A stretch of DNA of 61,141 bases from NCBI GenBank assembly GCA_005786885.1, contig SYCR01000039.1, forward strand, positions 1 through 61,141, given 5' to 3'. Within the stretch, counting starts at the first letter, position 1. Each line of letters begins with the position of its first letter. The notes below the pieces were generated by a model. The model did no database searches. It saw only the letters and a program-made list of their open reading frames with translations, and was not told the DNA's origin. Of this stretch, positions 28,544 through 40,861 are shown piece after piece. Origin of the DNA: Actinomycetota bacterium (GTDB lineage Bacteria; Actinomycetota; Actinomycetes; Nanopelagicales; Nanopelagicaceae). The translations under genes and the position numbers were made by a program.

Positions 28544-29020
28544 TTAATTCTCTTTTTTGAAGTTCAGATTGTCAGGGCGCTCGGGTTTGGCATCACTCAA
28601 AATCAAGCAGGTAATCCGAGCAGTACAGGTCCGAACCCCCTCTTCATCTGTGATCACTACTTCATAGCTAGCCAATGTCCGGCCCAAAGATATGGCGGTA
28701 GCCACCCCCGTCACAATTCCACTTTTGGCTGCCCGGTGATGGGTGGCACTTATTTCGATTCCAACAATGCGGCGATCAAGTCCGGCATGCAGATGGGAGC
28801 CAATTGATCCCAGACTTTCTGCTAAGACCACGTTCGCTCCGCCATGTAAGAGCCCAAAAGGCTGGGTGTTCCCAATAACCGGCATGGTGCCGACCATTCT
28901 TTCTGGGGAGGCTTCAATGATCTCGATTCCCATTTTTTGGTCTAAAGCCCCGCGACCCCGTTCATTTAAGGCCGCCAAATTTTCATCGCTCAATTTATTC
29001 TCTTTGTTAAGTGCGCTCAT
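28544..29020 (-). CDS. PaaI/YbdB-family hotdog-fold thioesterase
   Basis: 158 aa with a G..HGG....LAES motif (FGLLHGGANVVLAESLGS). Confidence 0.8.
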   Translation of the reverse strand: MSALNKENKLSDENLAALNERGRGALDQKMGIEIIEASPERMVGTMPVIGNTQPFGLLHGGANVVLAESLGSIGSHLHAGLDRRIVGIEISATHHRAAKSGIVTGVATAISLGRTLASYEVVITDEEGVRTCTARITCLILSDAKPERPDNLNFKKEN

Positions 29021-29055
29021 CTGCCAATCCTACGCGCTCAACCTAGGATCCAGAT

Positions 29056-31734
29056 ATGGGGAAATCCAATTCACCAAACTCACGGCGTCAGCGACGGCTG
29101 CTTTTGCTTGATGGCCATTCAATGGCATATCGGGCATTTCACGCATTGCCGGTAGAAAACTTCAAGACTTCAGCCGGATTTCCAACAAATGCTACATATG
29201 GATTCACCACAATGTTGCTCAATTTATTGCGAGATATCGAACCAACTCATATCGCGGTTGCATTTGATGTTTCGCGAAAAACTTTTCGTTCTGAGCGTTT
29301 CCCTGAGTACAAAGCAAACCGTGCAAAAACTCCAGACGAGTTTCGATCTCAGATGCCTGAAATTTTTGCAATCGTAGATGCTTTAGGAATAAAAAGAATT
29401 CAGAAAGAAGGTTTTGAGGCTGATGATCTTATTGCGACATTAGCAACTAATGCAGTCGCCAAGAAATTTGCAGTGGAGATTTGTTCAGGAGATCGTGACA
29501 CATTTCAATTAGTTACCGATCAGATAACGGTTCTCTATCCCAAAAAAGGCGTCAGCGAGTTAGCCAGAATGACACCGGATGCAGTCTTTGAAAAGTACGG
29601 ACTAACTCCAAAACAGTATCCAGATTTTGCTGCCCTACGCGGAGACCCAAGTGACAACCTGCCATCTCTGGCAGGTGTTGGTGAAAAAACAGCCACTAAA
29701 TGGATTGCAGAATATGGCTCTCTTGAAGTTTTGCTGAAAAAATCAGATGAAGTAAGTGGAAAAGTTGGTGAATCGTTACGTGCTGGAATAGAACAGGTCA
29801 AGTTGAATCACGAGCTGACACACTTGATTAAAGATGTAGAAATTGAATTAGAGATTGAAGATTTGGAAGTCGCCAACAAGAATTTTAAGGAACTGCGAGA
29901 AATTTTTGATCGACTTGAGTTTAGGGCATTAAAAGAGCGAATAAACAAAATGGATAATTCCAGTGAATCAACCATCCCAGCAGTTTCAAAGAGCAGTAAA
30001 AGCCAAGTGGATATAAAAATTAAAACAATTGAAAGTTTAAAAGATTTAAAATTAATTGATGAATCACAACTGAGTGCGGTTTCCTACGCGCTCCAGGGTG
30101 AGTGGCTATTTGAATTACTGATATCTCAGGGTGGGGAAAGGAATTTCTATCTAAAACATGAGGTCGCCGCAGCTTGGTTACAGAACGAGAAATATAAAAA
30201 GATATTTTTTGATTTGAAACAATTGGCCATTCGGGCCGTTGATGGAATCTCTGGAGAATGTATAGATTTAGCTTTGCTTGCATATTTGATTAACCCCGGA
30301 GCCAGAACCCCTGAATTAAGTGAAGCAGTAGGCGTTTTGCTCGGTCGTGAGATCGCGGGGCAATCCTTTGAAATAGAGGAAGAGTTACCGATGGAGCTGG
30401 ATTTTGAGGCACCAAATCTGGAGATTGATAAAACAGCGCTACAAGTGCAGGCTCAAGCGATTCTTGAGCTTTATCCACTTCTTTTGCAAAGAGCCGACCA
30501 AACTAAGGCAACGAAATTGGCAAGCGAAATTGAAGTACCTACGGCAATCGCTTTAGCAAATATGGAAAGAATCGGAATCGCTGTAGATGTCAAGGAGATT
30601 GCAAGGCTAGAAACATTTTTTGCTAAAGCCAGCCTGGAAGCTGCAGAGGAAGCCCATAAAATAGTCGGTCACGAATTTAATCTCTCTTCTCCAAAGCAAT
30701 TACAAGAAGTTTTATTTGATGAACTTCAATTGCCTAAAAGCAAAAAGATCAAAACTGGATATACGACCGATGCTGAAGCATTACAACACCTACAAGAGAT
30801 TACTAAGCATCCAGTTATCGACCAGATTTTGAGATCCCGAGATGTCCTAAAGTTAAAAAGCGTGGTCGAAGGGTTAAGTCGTGCCACTGCCGCAGATGGA
30901 CGAATTCATACAACTTTCCAGCAGATGGTAACCGCCACCGGAAGGCTTTCTTCGACTGAACCGAATTTACAAAATATTCCAATTAGAAGTGAAGAAGGAC
31001 GTCTAATTAGAAGTTGCTTTATAGCCGGCAAAGGTTTTGAAAAATTGATGACGGCGGATTACAGCCAAATCGAAATGCGCATCATGGCTCATCTTTCAAA
31101 TGATAAAGCACTTCTTGCGGCTTTAACTTCTGGTGAGGACTTGCATACAACTGTTGGAGCGCAAGTATTTGGCGTCAAAGTAAATGAAGTGACAACTGAA
31201 ATGCGCCGCACTATAAAAGCGATGTCTTATGGATTGGCTTATGGTCTTTCGGCTTTTGGTTTATCGCAACAACTTGGAATCTCACCAGTGGCCGCGCAGG
31301 AATTGATGAATACTTATTTCGAACGATTCGGTGGTATCCGTGATTATTTAGCAGATGTTGTCATTGAAGCGCGCAAAGTTGGTTACACCGAAACTATTTT
31401 AGGTCGTCGTCGTTACCTACCTGATCTGCAAAGTGATGTAAAAACCCGCAGGGATATTGCAGAGCGGATGGCGTTAAATGCACCGATTCAAGGTTCGGCT
31501 GCTGACATCATGAAATTGGCGATGTTGAAAGTTGGAAACGCAATCTCTGCAGCTAATTTGAAATCTCGAATTTTGTTACAAGTTCATGATGAACTGGTTT
31601 TAGAAGTTGCTACAGGGGAAGCCGAACTTCTCTCCGAAATTGTCCGCGCTCAGATGGGGGATGCATTTGCACTTAATGCACCCTTGGCAGTGAATATTGG
31701 GTTCGGTGCTAATTGGGAGTTAGCAGCCCATTAA
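29056..31734 (+). CDS. polA: DNA polymerase I
   Basis: 892 aa with a 5' nuclease domain (LLLLDGHS.AYRAF), a central exonuclease-like domain and pol motifs (DYSQIE.R..AH, RR.AK..NFG..YG, QVHDEL). Confidence 0.97.
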   Translation: MGKSNSPNSRRQRRLLLLDGHSMAYRAFHALPVENFKTSAGFPTNATYGFTTMLLNLLRDIEPTHIAVAFDVSRKTFRSERFPEYKANRAKTPDEFRSQMPEIFAIVDALGIKRIQKEGFEADDLIATLATNAVAKKFAVEICSGDRDTFQLVTDQITVLYPKKGVSELARMTPDAVFEKYGLTPKQYPDFAALRGDPSDNLPSLAGVGEKTATKWIAEYGSLEVLLKKSDEVSGKVGESLRAGIEQVKLNHELTHLIKDVEIELEIEDLEVANKNFKELREIFDRLEFRALKERINKMDNSSESTIPAVSKSSKSQVDIKIKTIESLKDLKLIDESQLSAVSYALQGEWLFELLISQGGERNFYLKHEVAAAWLQNEKYKKIFFDLKQLAIRAVDGISGECIDLALLAYLINPGARTPELSEAVGVLLGREIAGQSFEIEEELPMELDFEAPNLEIDKTALQVQAQAILELYPLLLQRADQTKATKLASEIEVPTAIALANMERIGIAVDVKEIARLETFFAKASLEAAEEAHKIVGHEFNLSSPKQLQEVLFDELQLPKSKKIKTGYTTDAEALQHLQEITKHPVIDQILRSRDVLKLKSVVEGLSRATAADGRIHTTFQQMVTATGRLSSTEPNLQNIPIRSEEGRLIRSCFIAGKGFEKLMTADYSQIEMRIMAHLSNDKALLAALTSGEDLHTTVGAQVFGVKVNEVTTEMRRTIKAMSYGLAYGLSAFGLSQQLGISPVAAQELMNTYFERFGGIRDYLADVVIEARKVGYTETILGRRRYLPDLQSDVKTRRDIAERMALNAPIQGSAADIMKLAMLKVGNAISAANLKSRILLQVHDELVLEVATGEAELLSEIVRAQMGDAFALNAPLAVNIGFGANWELAAH

Positions 31735-31862
31735 TTAGATCGCCGAATCACGCTTTTGAGCGGGGTTTTCAAGTGAAATACCCTGAAATTGACCGGCTCT
31801 TACGCCTAGCCGTAGCCTTGCCCGCTGTCCCTATTCCTACTACCCACTACCTTCGGAGCAAC

Positions 31863-33236
31863 TTGAGCAACGCACCTGCAGTCGCAATTAATGACATTGG
31901 ATCAGCCGCCGATTTTATGGCCGCAATTGAAGGAACAATAAAGAATTTTAACGATGGAGACCTTGTAGAAGGAATCATCGTTCAAGTAGATCGAGATGAA
32001 GTTCTCGTAGACATTGGCTACAAAACAGAAGGTGTAATCCCTTCTCGTGAACTTTCAATCAAACATGATATTGATCCACATGAGATTGTTTCAGTGGGGG
32101 ATCGCATCGAAGCACTCGTCTTGCAAAAAGAAGATAAAGAGGGACGCTTAATTCTTTCCAAGAAGCGCGCAACATACGAGCGTGCATGGGGAACTATTGA
32201 AGAAATGAAAGAGCGCGACGAAGTTGTTAAGGGAACAATTATTGAAGTTGTTAAAGGTGGCTTAATCGTTGACATCGGACTTCGTGGCTTCTTGCCAGCA
32301 TCTCTTGTAGAGATGAGACGTGTTCGTGATTTAACTCCATATATTGGTAAAGAGATCGAAGCTCGAATCATCGAACTCGACAAAAACCGGAACAACGTAG
32401 TTTTGTCTCGTCGTGCATTTCTTGAGCAAAGCCAATCAGAGACTCGTACAACTTTCTTGAATCAACTTCAAAAAGGTCAAGTACGTTCCGGAACCATTTC
32501 TTCAATTGTTAACTTCGGTGCATTTGTTGATCTTGGTGGAGTTGATGGCCTAGTTCACGTAAGCGAACTTTCATGGAAACATATCGATCATCCAAACGAG
32601 GTCGTTGAAGTTGGTATGCCGGTAACTGTTGAAGTTCTTGAAGTAGATTTCGAGCGCGAGCGCGTTTCGCTGTCACTTAAAGCAACACAAGAGGATCCTT
32701 GGCAGCACTTTGCACGCACAAATGCGATTGACCAGGTTGTTGCTGGCAAAGTAACCAAATTGGTTCCATTCGGCGCATTTGTAAGAGTGCATGAAGGTAT
32801 TGAAGGTTTGGTTCATATTTCTGAACTTGCAGAGCGCCATGTTGAAATTCCAGAGCAAGTAGTTCAAGTTGATGATGATATTTTCGTAAAGATCATTGAT
32901 ATTGATCTTGAGCGTCGTCGCGTTTCACTTTCATTAAAGCAAGCCAATGAAGGACATGAAGTTGTGATCGAAGCATTTGATCCAACTCAATATGGAATGC
33001 CTGCACGTTACGACGAAGCAGGTAATTTCATTTACCCAGAAGGTTTCGATCCTGATTCACAGGAATGGAAGCCAGGATTTGAAACCCAACGCGAAGAGTG
33101 GGAACGTCAATACACCGAGGCACAAGCTCGTTTCATTGCCCATAAAAAGCAACGTGACGAAGCAAAAGCCAGCGACGCTGCAACAGCGGCAACCTCAGAT
33201 GCTGCAGAAAGCACTGAAACCCCTGCTGCTGAATAG
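31863..33236 (+). CDS. rpsA: 30S ribosomal protein S1
   Basis: Four or more S1 repeats, collinear with mycobacterial RpsA as I recall it (VAINDIGS..DF.AAI..TIK.FNDGD). I moved the start to the TTG at 31863, with GGAG 4 nt upstream. The upstream 50 codons of the track ORF overlap the polA end. Confidence 0.93.
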   Translation: MSNAPAVAINDIGSAADFMAAIEGTIKNFNDGDLVEGIIVQVDRDEVLVDIGYKTEGVIPSRELSIKHDIDPHEIVSVGDRIEALVLQKEDKEGRLILSKKRATYERAWGTIEEMKERDEVVKGTIIEVVKGGLIVDIGLRGFLPASLVEMRRVRDLTPYIGKEIEARIIELDKNRNNVVLSRRAFLEQSQSETRTTFLNQLQKGQVRSGTISSIVNFGAFVDLGGVDGLVHVSELSWKHIDHPNEVVEVGMPVTVEVLEVDFERERVSLSLKATQEDPWQHFARTNAIDQVVAGKVTKLVPFGAFVRVHEGIEGLVHISELAERHVEIPEQVVQVDDDIFVKIIDIDLERRRVSLSLKQANEGHEVVIEAFDPTQYGMPARYDEAGNFIYPEGFDPDSQEWKPGFETQREEWERQYTEAQARFIAHKKQRDEAKASDAATAATSDAAESTETPAAE

Positions 33237-33298
33237 GTAATTTGCGGTCTGTACGGTTTAAGTGGTCGAGTACTTGGGTACTTGAGTAGTTTGTACTA

Positions 33299-33904
33299 GT
33301 GATTCTAATTGCCCTAACGGGCGGCATCGGCTCGGGCAAGTCCCGGGCCGCTGCCATTCTCCAAGAGTTTGGTGCTCATTCAATCAGCGCAGATATGTTG
33401 GCTCGAGAAGTGCTTGAGCGGGGCGAAAACGGTTACAACGAAGTTGTTGCTCACTTTGGAGATGAAATTCTCAATGAGGGTCAGATTGATCGAAAAAAAT
33501 TGGCAGAGATAGTTTTCAGAGACTCGAAGCAATTGGAAGTGTTGGAATCTATTACCCATCCATTGATTAGAGCGAAGTTTGTTTCGAAAACGCGATCCTT
33601 GCCGGAGGCATCTGTCGTCGTCTATGAAATTCCTTTGCTTGCAGAATCAATCTCGCGACAAAAGCAATTAGATTTCGACCATGTAATTGTTCTCGAGAGT
33701 AAAACTGAGATACGAATTAGCAGATTAATCGAGCGCGGTTTGAGTGCAAAAGAGGCACAGTTGCGAATTGCTAATCAGCATTCGGATGAGCAAAGAAAAA
33801 AGATTGCAACTCACCTAATCAACAACGAGGGTTCGCCTGAAGAACTAAAAGATACACTATCTCAGTGGTGGAGTAAATTCATTTCACCAGAGATTGCCAA
33901 GTGA
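33299..33904 (+). CDS. coaE: dephospho-CoA kinase
   Basis: 201 aa with a P-loop LTGGIGSGKS and conserved rpsA-coaE-uvrB synteny. Confidence 0.9.
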   Translation: MILIALTGGIGSGKSRAAAILQEFGAHSISADMLAREVLERGENGYNEVVAHFGDEILNEGQIDRKKLAEIVFRDSKQLEVLESITHPLIRAKFVSKTRSLPEASVVVYEIPLLAESISRQKQLDFDHVIVLESKTEIRISRLIERGLSAKEAQLRIANQHSDEQRKKIATHLINNEGSPEELKDTLSQWWSKFISPEIAK

Positions 33905-33918
33905 AGTAGCGTTGATAG

Positions 33919-36012
33919 ATGCGTCCTGAGATCAGCCGTAAAATGCGGCCATTCGAAGTAATCAGTGATTTTTCTCCAGATGGAGATCAGCCAACTGCGA
34001 TTGCTGAATTAACTCAAAGATTATTGAATAAAGAAAAAGATGTTGTTCTACTAGGTGCTACTGGAACTGGAAAATCAGCAACAGCAGCTTGGTTGATTGA
34101 AAAACTACAGCGCCCAACTTTGGTACTTGCACCAAATAAGACCTTGGCTGCGCAATTGACTCATGAGTTTCGAGAACTTTTACCTGATGCCGCAGTCGAA
34201 TACTGTGTTTCTTATTATGATTATTATCAACCAGACGCTTACGTTCCGCAGACCGATACTTTTATTGAAAAAGACTCATCAATAAACTCTGAAGTAGAGC
34301 GCTTGCGATATTCGGCAACTCACTCTTTATTGACGCGCAGAGATGTGATAGTTGTTTCGACCGTTTCGTGCATTTACGGATTAGGAACACCACAGGAATA
34401 TGTGGATGCGATGCTCGAAATTAATGTGGGAGATACTTTTGAGCGAAATAAACTTTTACGCCGATTCGTAGATATGCAGTATTCGCGAAATGACGTGGCT
34501 TTTGAACGTGGCACATTTCGGGTGCGAGGCGACACAATTGAGATTATTCCGGTGTATCAAGAGACTGCTCTACGTATCGAGATGTTCGGTGATGAGATTG
34601 AAAGAATCCTAACCCTTCACCCGATTACTGGAGAAGTTTTAGCAGAAGATACCCAGGCATTCATTTTCCCAGCATCACATTATGCGGCAAGTAAAGAAAC
34701 GATGGAACGGGCGATATCTGAAATCGAAAGTGAACTCGCCCAACAACTAGAACTATTTGATAAACAAGGAAAACTTTTAGAAGCTCAACGTCTTCGCATG
34801 CGAACAACTTTTGATATCGAGATGATTAGGCAACTGGGATACTGCTCTGGAATCGAGAATTATTCCAGGCAGATCGATGGACGAACTCCGGGATCAGCAC
34901 CAAACTGCTTGTTAGATTATTTCCCAGAAGATTTCCTATGCATAATTGATGAATCACATGTAACTGTTCCACAGATAGGTGCAATGTTTGAAGGTGACTC
35001 ATCCAGAAAACGGACATTAGTTGAACATGGTTTTAGATTGCCAAGTGCAATGGACAATCGGCCGTTGAAGTGGGCTGAATTTTTGGAAAGAGTTGACCAA
35101 AAAGTTTATCTCTCAGCTACTCCAGGAAAATATGAATTGGGAGTAGCCGATGGGGTCGTCGAGCAGGTAATCAGACCTACAGGATTAATTGATCCGAAGA
35201 TTGTTCTCAAGCCAACTACTGGTCAGGTTGATGACTTAATTGCCCAAATAAGAATGAGAAGCGAAAAAAATGAAAGAGTGTTAGTAACAACTTTAACTAA
35301 AAAAATGTCAGAGGATTTAACTGATTATTTGTTAGAGATGGATATTCGAGTTAGGTATTTACATTCAGAGGTAGATACTTTGCGAAGAGTAGAACTCCTT
35401 AGAGAATTACGCTTGGGTGAATATGACGTCCTTATTGGTATTAACTTACTCCGCGAGGGACTGGACTTACCTGAGGTTTCGTTAGTGGCTATTCTTGATG
35501 CCGATAAAGAAGGTTTTTTAAGATCTACTACTTCGCTAATTCAAACCATAGGTAGAGCAGCAAGAAACGTATCCGGTGAAGTCCATATGTACGCCGACAG
35601 GATTACAGATTCCATGCAACGAGCTATCGATGAGACAAATCGACGCAGAGAAAAACAAGTCGCTTACAACACCGAGAAAGGATTAGACCCACAACCACTT
35701 CGCAAGCGCATAGCTGACATCACGGATTCCATAACCAGGGAAGAGGAAGATTCTGAGCAATTACTGGCGAAAGCGAACCGGAACAATCGAGGGTCAGATC
35801 CGTCCATAGGGGGATTCAAGAGCAAGAGCCTTCTCGCTGGGAAAGGTGGAGCGGCATTACCTAAGATGGAGTTATTGGATCTTATTGAATCCTTGACCGC
35901 CCAGATGCGATCAGCTGCGGAAAACCTTCATTTTGAGTTAGCTGCGCGTTTGCGAGATGAGATTCATGAATTAAAACGCGAATTGCGCGGAATGGAGACA
36001 GCCGGATTATGA
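33919..36012 (+). CDS. uvrB: excinuclease ABC subunit B
   Basis: 697 aa with [12 protein letters not shown], helicase motifs and the C-terminal UVR motif (FE.AA.LRDEI). Confidence 0.97.
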   Translation: MRPEISRKMRPFEVISDFSPDGDQPTAIAELTQRLLNKEKDVVLLGATGTGKSATAAWLIEKLQRPTLVLAPNKTLAAQLTHEFRELLPDAAVEYCVSYYDYYQPDAYVPQTDTFIEKDSSINSEVERLRYSATHSLLTRRDVIVVSTVSCIYGLGTPQEYVDAMLEINVGDTFERNKLLRRFVDMQYSRNDVAFERGTFRVRGDTIEIIPVYQETALRIEMFGDEIERILTLHPITGEVLAEDTQAFIFPASHYAASKETMERAISEIESELAQQLELFDKQGKLLEAQRLRMRTTFDIEMIRQLGYCSGIENYSRQIDGRTPGSAPNCLLDYFPEDFLCIIDESHVTVPQIGAMFEGDSSRKRTLVEHGFRLPSAMDNRPLKWAEFLERVDQKVYLSATPGKYELGVADGVVEQVIRPTGLIDPKIVLKPTTGQVDDLIAQIRMRSEKNERVLVTTLTKKMSEDLTDYLLEMDIRVRYLHSEVDTLRRVELLRELRLGEYDVLIGINLLREGLDLPEVSLVAILDADKEGFLRSTTSLIQTIGRAARNVSGEVHMYADRITDSMQRAIDETNRRREKQVAYNTEKGLDPQPLRKRIADITDSITREEEDSEQLLAKANRNNRGSDPSIGGFKSKSLLAGKGGAALPKMELLDLIESLTAQMRSAAENLHFELAARLRDEIHELKRELRGMETAGL

Positions 36013-38861
36013 GCGACCACCTGATTGTAAGGGGAGCAAGGGAACACAATTTAAAAAATATTTCAATTGAAATTCCCAGAAACTCACTTGTGGTCTTTAC
36101 CGGATTATCCGGCTCGGGTAAATCAAGTTTAGCTTTCGATACTATTTTTGCAGAAGGACAGCGGAGATATGTTGAATCTTTAAGTGCATACGCGCGACAA
36201 TTTTTGGGCCAATTAGATAAACCAGATGTTGATTTTATCGAGGGACTTTCACCAGCTGTTTCGATTGACCAAAAGTCTACAAACCGTAATCCAAGATCAA
36301 CGGTTGGAACGATTACTGAAGCCTATGATTATTTTAGATTGCTATATGCAAGAGCAGGAAAACCTCACTGTCCGAAGTGCGGTGATGAAGTTTCTCGTCA
36401 GTCACCTCAACAAATAGTCGATCAGATTTTGGCACTTCCTGATGAAACGAAATTTCATGTTCTTGCTCCAATTGTCCGAGCACGCAAAGGTGAATTCGTA
36501 GATATATTTAAAGATTTAACTTTACAAGGATTTTCAAGAGCAAGAGTCGATGGGAAAGTTTTTTCGTTAGATGAAATTCCAGAACTTAAGAAGCAAGAAA
36601 AACACACCATTGAAGTAGTGGTTGACAGATTAAGTGCAAAAGCAAGTTCACAACAGAGATTAACTGATTCAGTAGAAACTGCGCTAAAACTTGCTAACGG
36701 TATCGTGATTCTTGAATTTGTTGACGAACCAGTAAAATCACCAAATCGAGAAAAAAGCTTCAGCGAAAAAATGGCTTGCATGAAGTGCGAGATCTCTATT
36801 GAGGAGTTTGAACCAAGATCTTTCTCTTTTAACTCTCCTTTTGGAGCGTGTGGAGAATGTGATGGAATCGGAACCCGACTAGTTGTTGATGAAGAGTTGG
36901 TGATTCCAGATGATTCTATTTCAATCTCTGAAGGTGCTATCGCACCTTGGTCCCTTGGTACCAGTTCTGAATACTTTGAAAGGTTATTAGAAGGATTAGG
37001 CAAGGAATTAACTTTTTCCATGGATGCACCCTGGAAGAAATTGAGCGCCAAGGTTAAAGATGCAATTCTCAATGGTTACGACTACGAGGTTCATGTTAAG
37101 TACCGGAATCGTTATGGAAGAACTCGTCAGTACACAACAGGATTTGAAGGCGTAATTCCATTCCTTGAGCGCCGTCACGGAGAAACAGATAGCGACCAAA
37201 GTAGAGATCGACTTGAGGCTTTCATGCGTCAGACTCCGTGCGCCGTATGTAAAGGTGCAAGGCTTAAAAGTGAAATCTTGGCAGTAACTCTTGACGGATT
37301 AAATATTGCCCAACTTTGTGCATTGCCAATAAATGAATGTGCCAAATTTCTGCAGAAATTAACGCTTGGCAAAAGAGAGCGTCAAATTGCTGAACGCGTA
37401 TTGAAAGAAGTCAACGCTCGCCTCGGATTTCTTTTAGATGTGGGCCTTGATTATTTGTCGTTAGATCGCCCAGCAGGATCGCTATCGGGTGGCGAAGCCC
37501 AACGAATTAGATTAGCAACTCAGATTGGTTCAGGTCTGGTTGGAGTTCTTTATGTTCTAGATGAGCCAAGTATCGGGCTTCATCAACGCGACAATGTCCG
37601 ATTAATTGAAACTCTTACAAGATTAAGGGACCTTGGAAATACGCTAATTGTCGTAGAACATGACGAAGAGACAATTAGAGCTGCGGATTGGATTGTAGAT
37701 ATTGGGCCCGGAGCAGGAGAGCACGGCGGAGAAGTCGTTGTTTCAGGAGACTATAAATCTTTACTGTCAGAAAAGAAATCAATTACTGGTGCATATCTAT
37801 CTGGCAGAAGAAGTATCGAGATACCCAAAAAGCGAAGAGCTATAGATCCAAAAAGACAATTGGTAGTAAAGGCTGCACGAGAAAATAACTTACAAAATAT
37901 TGACGTCGCTTTCCCATTATCGACTTTTATCGCGGTGACCGGAGTTAGTGGATCTGGTAAATCTACATTAGTCAACGAAATTCTCTACACATCGCTAGCA
38001 AATAAATTAAATGGTGCCCGGATGGTTCCAGGACGACATCGAACGATTACAGGCGTTGATCAGTTAGACAAAATTGTCCACGTTGATCAATCACCAATTG
38101 GCAGAACGCCAAGATCTAACGCAGCAACTTATACGGGATTATTTGACAAAGTCAGAGCCTTATTTGCCGAGACAAATGAAGCCAAAGTGCGCGGTTACCA
38201 ACAAGGAAGATTCTCATTCAACGTAAAAGGTGGACGCTGTGAGAACTGTTCTGGAGATGGAACCATCACGATTGAAATGAATTTCTTGCCAGATGTATAC
38301 GTTCCATGCGAAGTCTGCCATGGTGCTAGATATAACCGTGAAACCTTAGAAGTTCATTACAAGGGTAAAACTATTGCGGACGTCTTAAATATGCCGATTG
38401 AGCAGGCAAATGAATTCTTTGAAGCCGTGCCAGCAATCGCCAGATACTTAAAAACTTTATGTGATGTGGGACTTGGTTATGTTCGACTAGGACAATCAGC
38501 ACCAACTCTTTCTGGTGGTGAAGCTCAACGAGTCAAGTTAGCCACTGAATTACAACGTAGGTCTACTGGCAGAACTATCTATGTTTTAGATGAACCAACA
38601 ACTGGACTTCACTTCGAAGATGTAAGTAAATTGCTTATAGTTCTAAACCGTTTAGTTAATGCAGGAAACACGGTTGTCGTCATTGAACATAATTTGGATG
38701 TTATTAAATGTGCAGATTGGGTGATAGATCTTGGTCCTGAAGGTGGATCAAGGGGAGGCAGTGTCATCGCTGAAGGCACACCTGAAGACGTAGCCAAGGA
38801 CAAGAAAAGTTTTACTGGCGTATTTTTAAAGCAAGTTCTAAGCGGGAGAAGTAGTGGCTGA
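36009..38861 (+). CDS. uvrA: excinuclease ABC subunit A
   Basis: 950 aa with two ABC modules ([18 protein letters not shown]), LSGGE.QR signatures and zinc-finger Cys clusters. ATGA overlap with uvrB. Confidence 0.97.
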   Translation: MSDHLIVRGAREHNLKNISIEIPRNSLVVFTGLSGSGKSSLAFDTIFAEGQRRYVESLSAYARQFLGQLDKPDVDFIEGLSPAVSIDQKSTNRNPRSTVGTITEAYDYFRLLYARAGKPHCPKCGDEVSRQSPQQIVDQILALPDETKFHVLAPIVRARKGEFVDIFKDLTLQGFSRARVDGKVFSLDEIPELKKQEKHTIEVVVDRLSAKASSQQRLTDSVETALKLANGIVILEFVDEPVKSPNREKSFSEKMACMKCEISIEEFEPRSFSFNSPFGACGECDGIGTRLVVDEELVIPDDSISISEGAIAPWSLGTSSEYFERLLEGLGKELTFSMDAPWKKLSAKVKDAILNGYDYEVHVKYRNRYGRTRQYTTGFEGVIPFLERRHGETDSDQSRDRLEAFMRQTPCAVCKGARLKSEILAVTLDGLNIAQLCALPINECAKFLQKLTLGKRERQIAERVLKEVNARLGFLLDVGLDYLSLDRPAGSLSGGEAQRIRLATQIGSGLVGVLYVLDEPSIGLHQRDNVRLIETLTRLRDLGNTLIVVEHDEETIRAADWIVDIGPGAGEHGGEVVVSGDYKSLLSEKKSITGAYLSGRRSIEIPKKRRAIDPKRQLVVKAARENNLQNIDVAFPLSTFIAVTGVSGSGKSTLVNEILYTSLANKLNGARMVPGRHRTITGVDQLDKIVHVDQSPIGRTPRSNAATYTGLFDKVRALFAETNEAKVRGYQQGRFSFNVKGGRCENCSGDGTITIEMNFLPDVYVPCEVCHGARYNRETLEVHYKGKTIADVLNMPIEQANEFFEAVPAIARYLKTLCDVGLGYVRLGQSAPTLSGGEAQRVKLATELQRRSTGRTIYVLDEPTTGLHFEDVSKLLIVLNRLVNAGNTVVVIEHNLDVIKCADWVIDLGPEGGSRGGSVIAEGTPEDVAKDKKSFTGVFLKQVLSGRSSG

Positions 38862-40785
38862 TCCGCTTTCCTACCGACCTGAAAATATTCCAACAGAGCC
38901 AGGCGTTTATAGGTTTAGAAATCCAGCGGGAAAAATTATTTATGTTGGAAAAGCAAAAAATTTGCGTTCAAGACTGAGCTCATATTTCCAAAAAAACTTA
39001 CCAGAAAAAACAAAACAAATGGTTTGGACAGCCTCAAGTGTTGATTGGACAATAGTAAAAAATGAGATAGAGGCATTGCAATTAGAGTTCACCTGGATTC
39101 GGAGTGAGTCACCTAGATTTAATGTAATTTTCCGTGATGATAAGTCATATCCATATTTAGCAGTTTCCAGCAAGGACAAATTTCCAAGATTATTCATTAC
39201 CAGAAAAGAAAAACAAAAAGATGTTAAGTATTTTGGTCCATATCCGCATGCTTGGGCTTTACGTGAACTCTATGATTTAGTTCAGTCATCCTTCCCGATC
39301 AGATCATGTAGTGCTGGAGTTTTTAACTCGGCAAAAAGATCAGGGAGACCTTGTTTACTTGGATTTATCGATAAATGCGCCGCTCCATGCGTAGGGAAGA
39401 TTTCAGAAGTAGAACACGTGCAACTTACGAGAGAACTAGTGAATTTTCTCTCCGAAGATCCAACAAAACTTATGGTCACTTTGACAAAAGAAATGGAAGC
39501 TCTGTCTGCAAAAGAAGAGTTCGAAAAAGCGGCTCGTGTTAGAGATCGAGTTGCAGCACTCGAAAAGATTTCAACGACAAACACCGTGGTTTTGCCCGAT
39601 CAAACCGACGCAGATATTTTCGGTTTGCACTTAGAAGAGATAGATGCGGCAGTTACTCTTTTTTTGGTTCGCAAAGGCAGAATTCTGGGCGCTAGATCCT
39701 GGATTGTTGAACGGCCAGATGAATCCGCTCCGGAAGAAATTATGGAAAAAATTCTGCTAAATCATTACTTGGCGGACGGTTTAGAGGATTTCCCGAGAGA
39801 AGTCCTAGTTTCATTTTTGCCAGAATCTAGCAACTCAGTTGAGGAGATTATTTCTGAGCGAAGTGGGCATCGCATGGAAATCAGAGTCCCTCAAAGAGGC
39901 GAGAAAAAAGAACTACACGAAACAGTTATTAGGAACTCTCAAGATGCACTCAATCGCTACCGATTGAAAAGAACAAGTGATTTGAGTACTAGAACTCAAG
40001 CATTAGCTCAATTACAAGAATCACTTGAAATGAATGAAGCTCCGCTACGAATAGAGTGTTTTGATATTTCCAATTTGCTAGGCACGCAAATGGTTGCTTC
40101 TATGGTGGTGTTCGAAGATGGAGTTCCTAAAAAATCCGAGTATCGGAGATTTGAAATCAATCTTCCTGAGAACGGAACTCTTGATGACACTGCTGCAATA
40201 AATCAGGTATTGACTCGAAGACTTAATCGCTTGAAAATTGAAAATGACTTAGACGAGAACAATAGAGATGAAAAATTGGTCAAAAAGTTTGCTTACAAAC
40301 CACAGTTAATTATTGTGGATGGAGGCAAGCCGCAAGTGAGTGCGGCTGCAAGAGCTTTGGAAGGATTTGACATTGCATTTTGCGGCATAGCCAAGCGGCT
40401 TGAAGAAGTGTGGCTTCCAAATCAAAAAGATCCAATAATTTTCCCACGTAACAGCGAAGCGATGTATTTGGTGCAACGTATTCGTGATGAGGCTCATCGT
40501 TTTGCGATCACGTATCACCGTTCGAAACGGTCAAAAGCGATGTTGGAATCTACGCTGGAAGATATTCCAGGATTGGGTCAAGCAAGAGCTCGTTCACTTA
40601 TTGCCCATTTTGGATCTGTGGCAAAGTTGAAAGCAGCATCCGAGGAGCAGGTGGCCCAACTTCCGGGAATTGGTATTAAATTGGCGAAAGTGATTGTGGA
40701 GTATTTGGCGGGATCAACCACGACAGGAGAGGCATCGTTAATTCCTGGAATCGATATGGCGACAGGGGAGATACTTGACAGCTGA
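38854..40785 (+). CDS. uvrC: excinuclease ABC subunit C
   Basis: 643 aa with a GIY-YIG N-terminus (GVYRF...[14 protein letters not shown]), a UVR domain, an endonuclease V-like domain and (HhH)2. The GTG start overlaps the uvrA end. Confidence 0.95.
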   Translation: MADPLSYRPENIPTEPGVYRFRNPAGKIIYVGKAKNLRSRLSSYFQKNLPEKTKQMVWTASSVDWTIVKNEIEALQLEFTWIRSESPRFNVIFRDDKSYPYLAVSSKDKFPRLFITRKEKQKDVKYFGPYPHAWALRELYDLVQSSFPIRSCSAGVFNSAKRSGRPCLLGFIDKCAAPCVGKISEVEHVQLTRELVNFLSEDPTKLMVTLTKEMEALSAKEEFEKAARVRDRVAALEKISTTNTVVLPDQTDADIFGLHLEEIDAAVTLFLVRKGRILGARSWIVERPDESAPEEIMEKILLNHYLADGLEDFPREVLVSFLPESSNSVEEIISERSGHRMEIRVPQRGEKKELHETVIRNSQDALNRYRLKRTSDLSTRTQALAQLQESLEMNEAPLRIECFDISNLLGTQMVASMVVFEDGVPKKSEYRRFEINLPENGTLDDTAAINQVLTRRLNRLKIENDLDENNRDEKLVKKFAYKPQLIIVDGGKPQVSAAARALEGFDIAFCGIAKRLEEVWLPNQKDPIIFPRNSEAMYLVQRIRDEAHRFAITYHRSKRSKAMLESTLEDIPGLGQARARSLIAHFGSVAKLKAASEEQVAQLPGIGIKLAKVIVEYLAGSTTTGEASLIPGIDMATGEILDS

Positions 40786-40861
40786 GGATGATAGTCAAGT
40801 GGGCCACATAATAGGTCTGTAGTTATCCGCGATATTGCACAGGAGGACAGGAGCAGGGGTC

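Noticed and set aside
31713-31862. N-terminal 50-codon extension of the rpsA ORF, which overlaps the polA end
   Set aside because: Conserved S1 sequence begins at ..VAINDIGS. A TTG with an upstream GGAG at 31863 gives the canonical N-terminus. The extension is Pro/Leu/Arg-rich and non-conserved in appearance.
36455-37072. 205-aa minus-strand ORF nested inside uvrA, plus similar antisense ORFs inside trpE (1890..2378), lgt (7810..8238), sufD (55559..56077) and gltB
   Set aside because: All lie entirely within well-supported conserved genes on the other strand. None has a family-like motif or plausible start context, so I treat them as frame artefacts.
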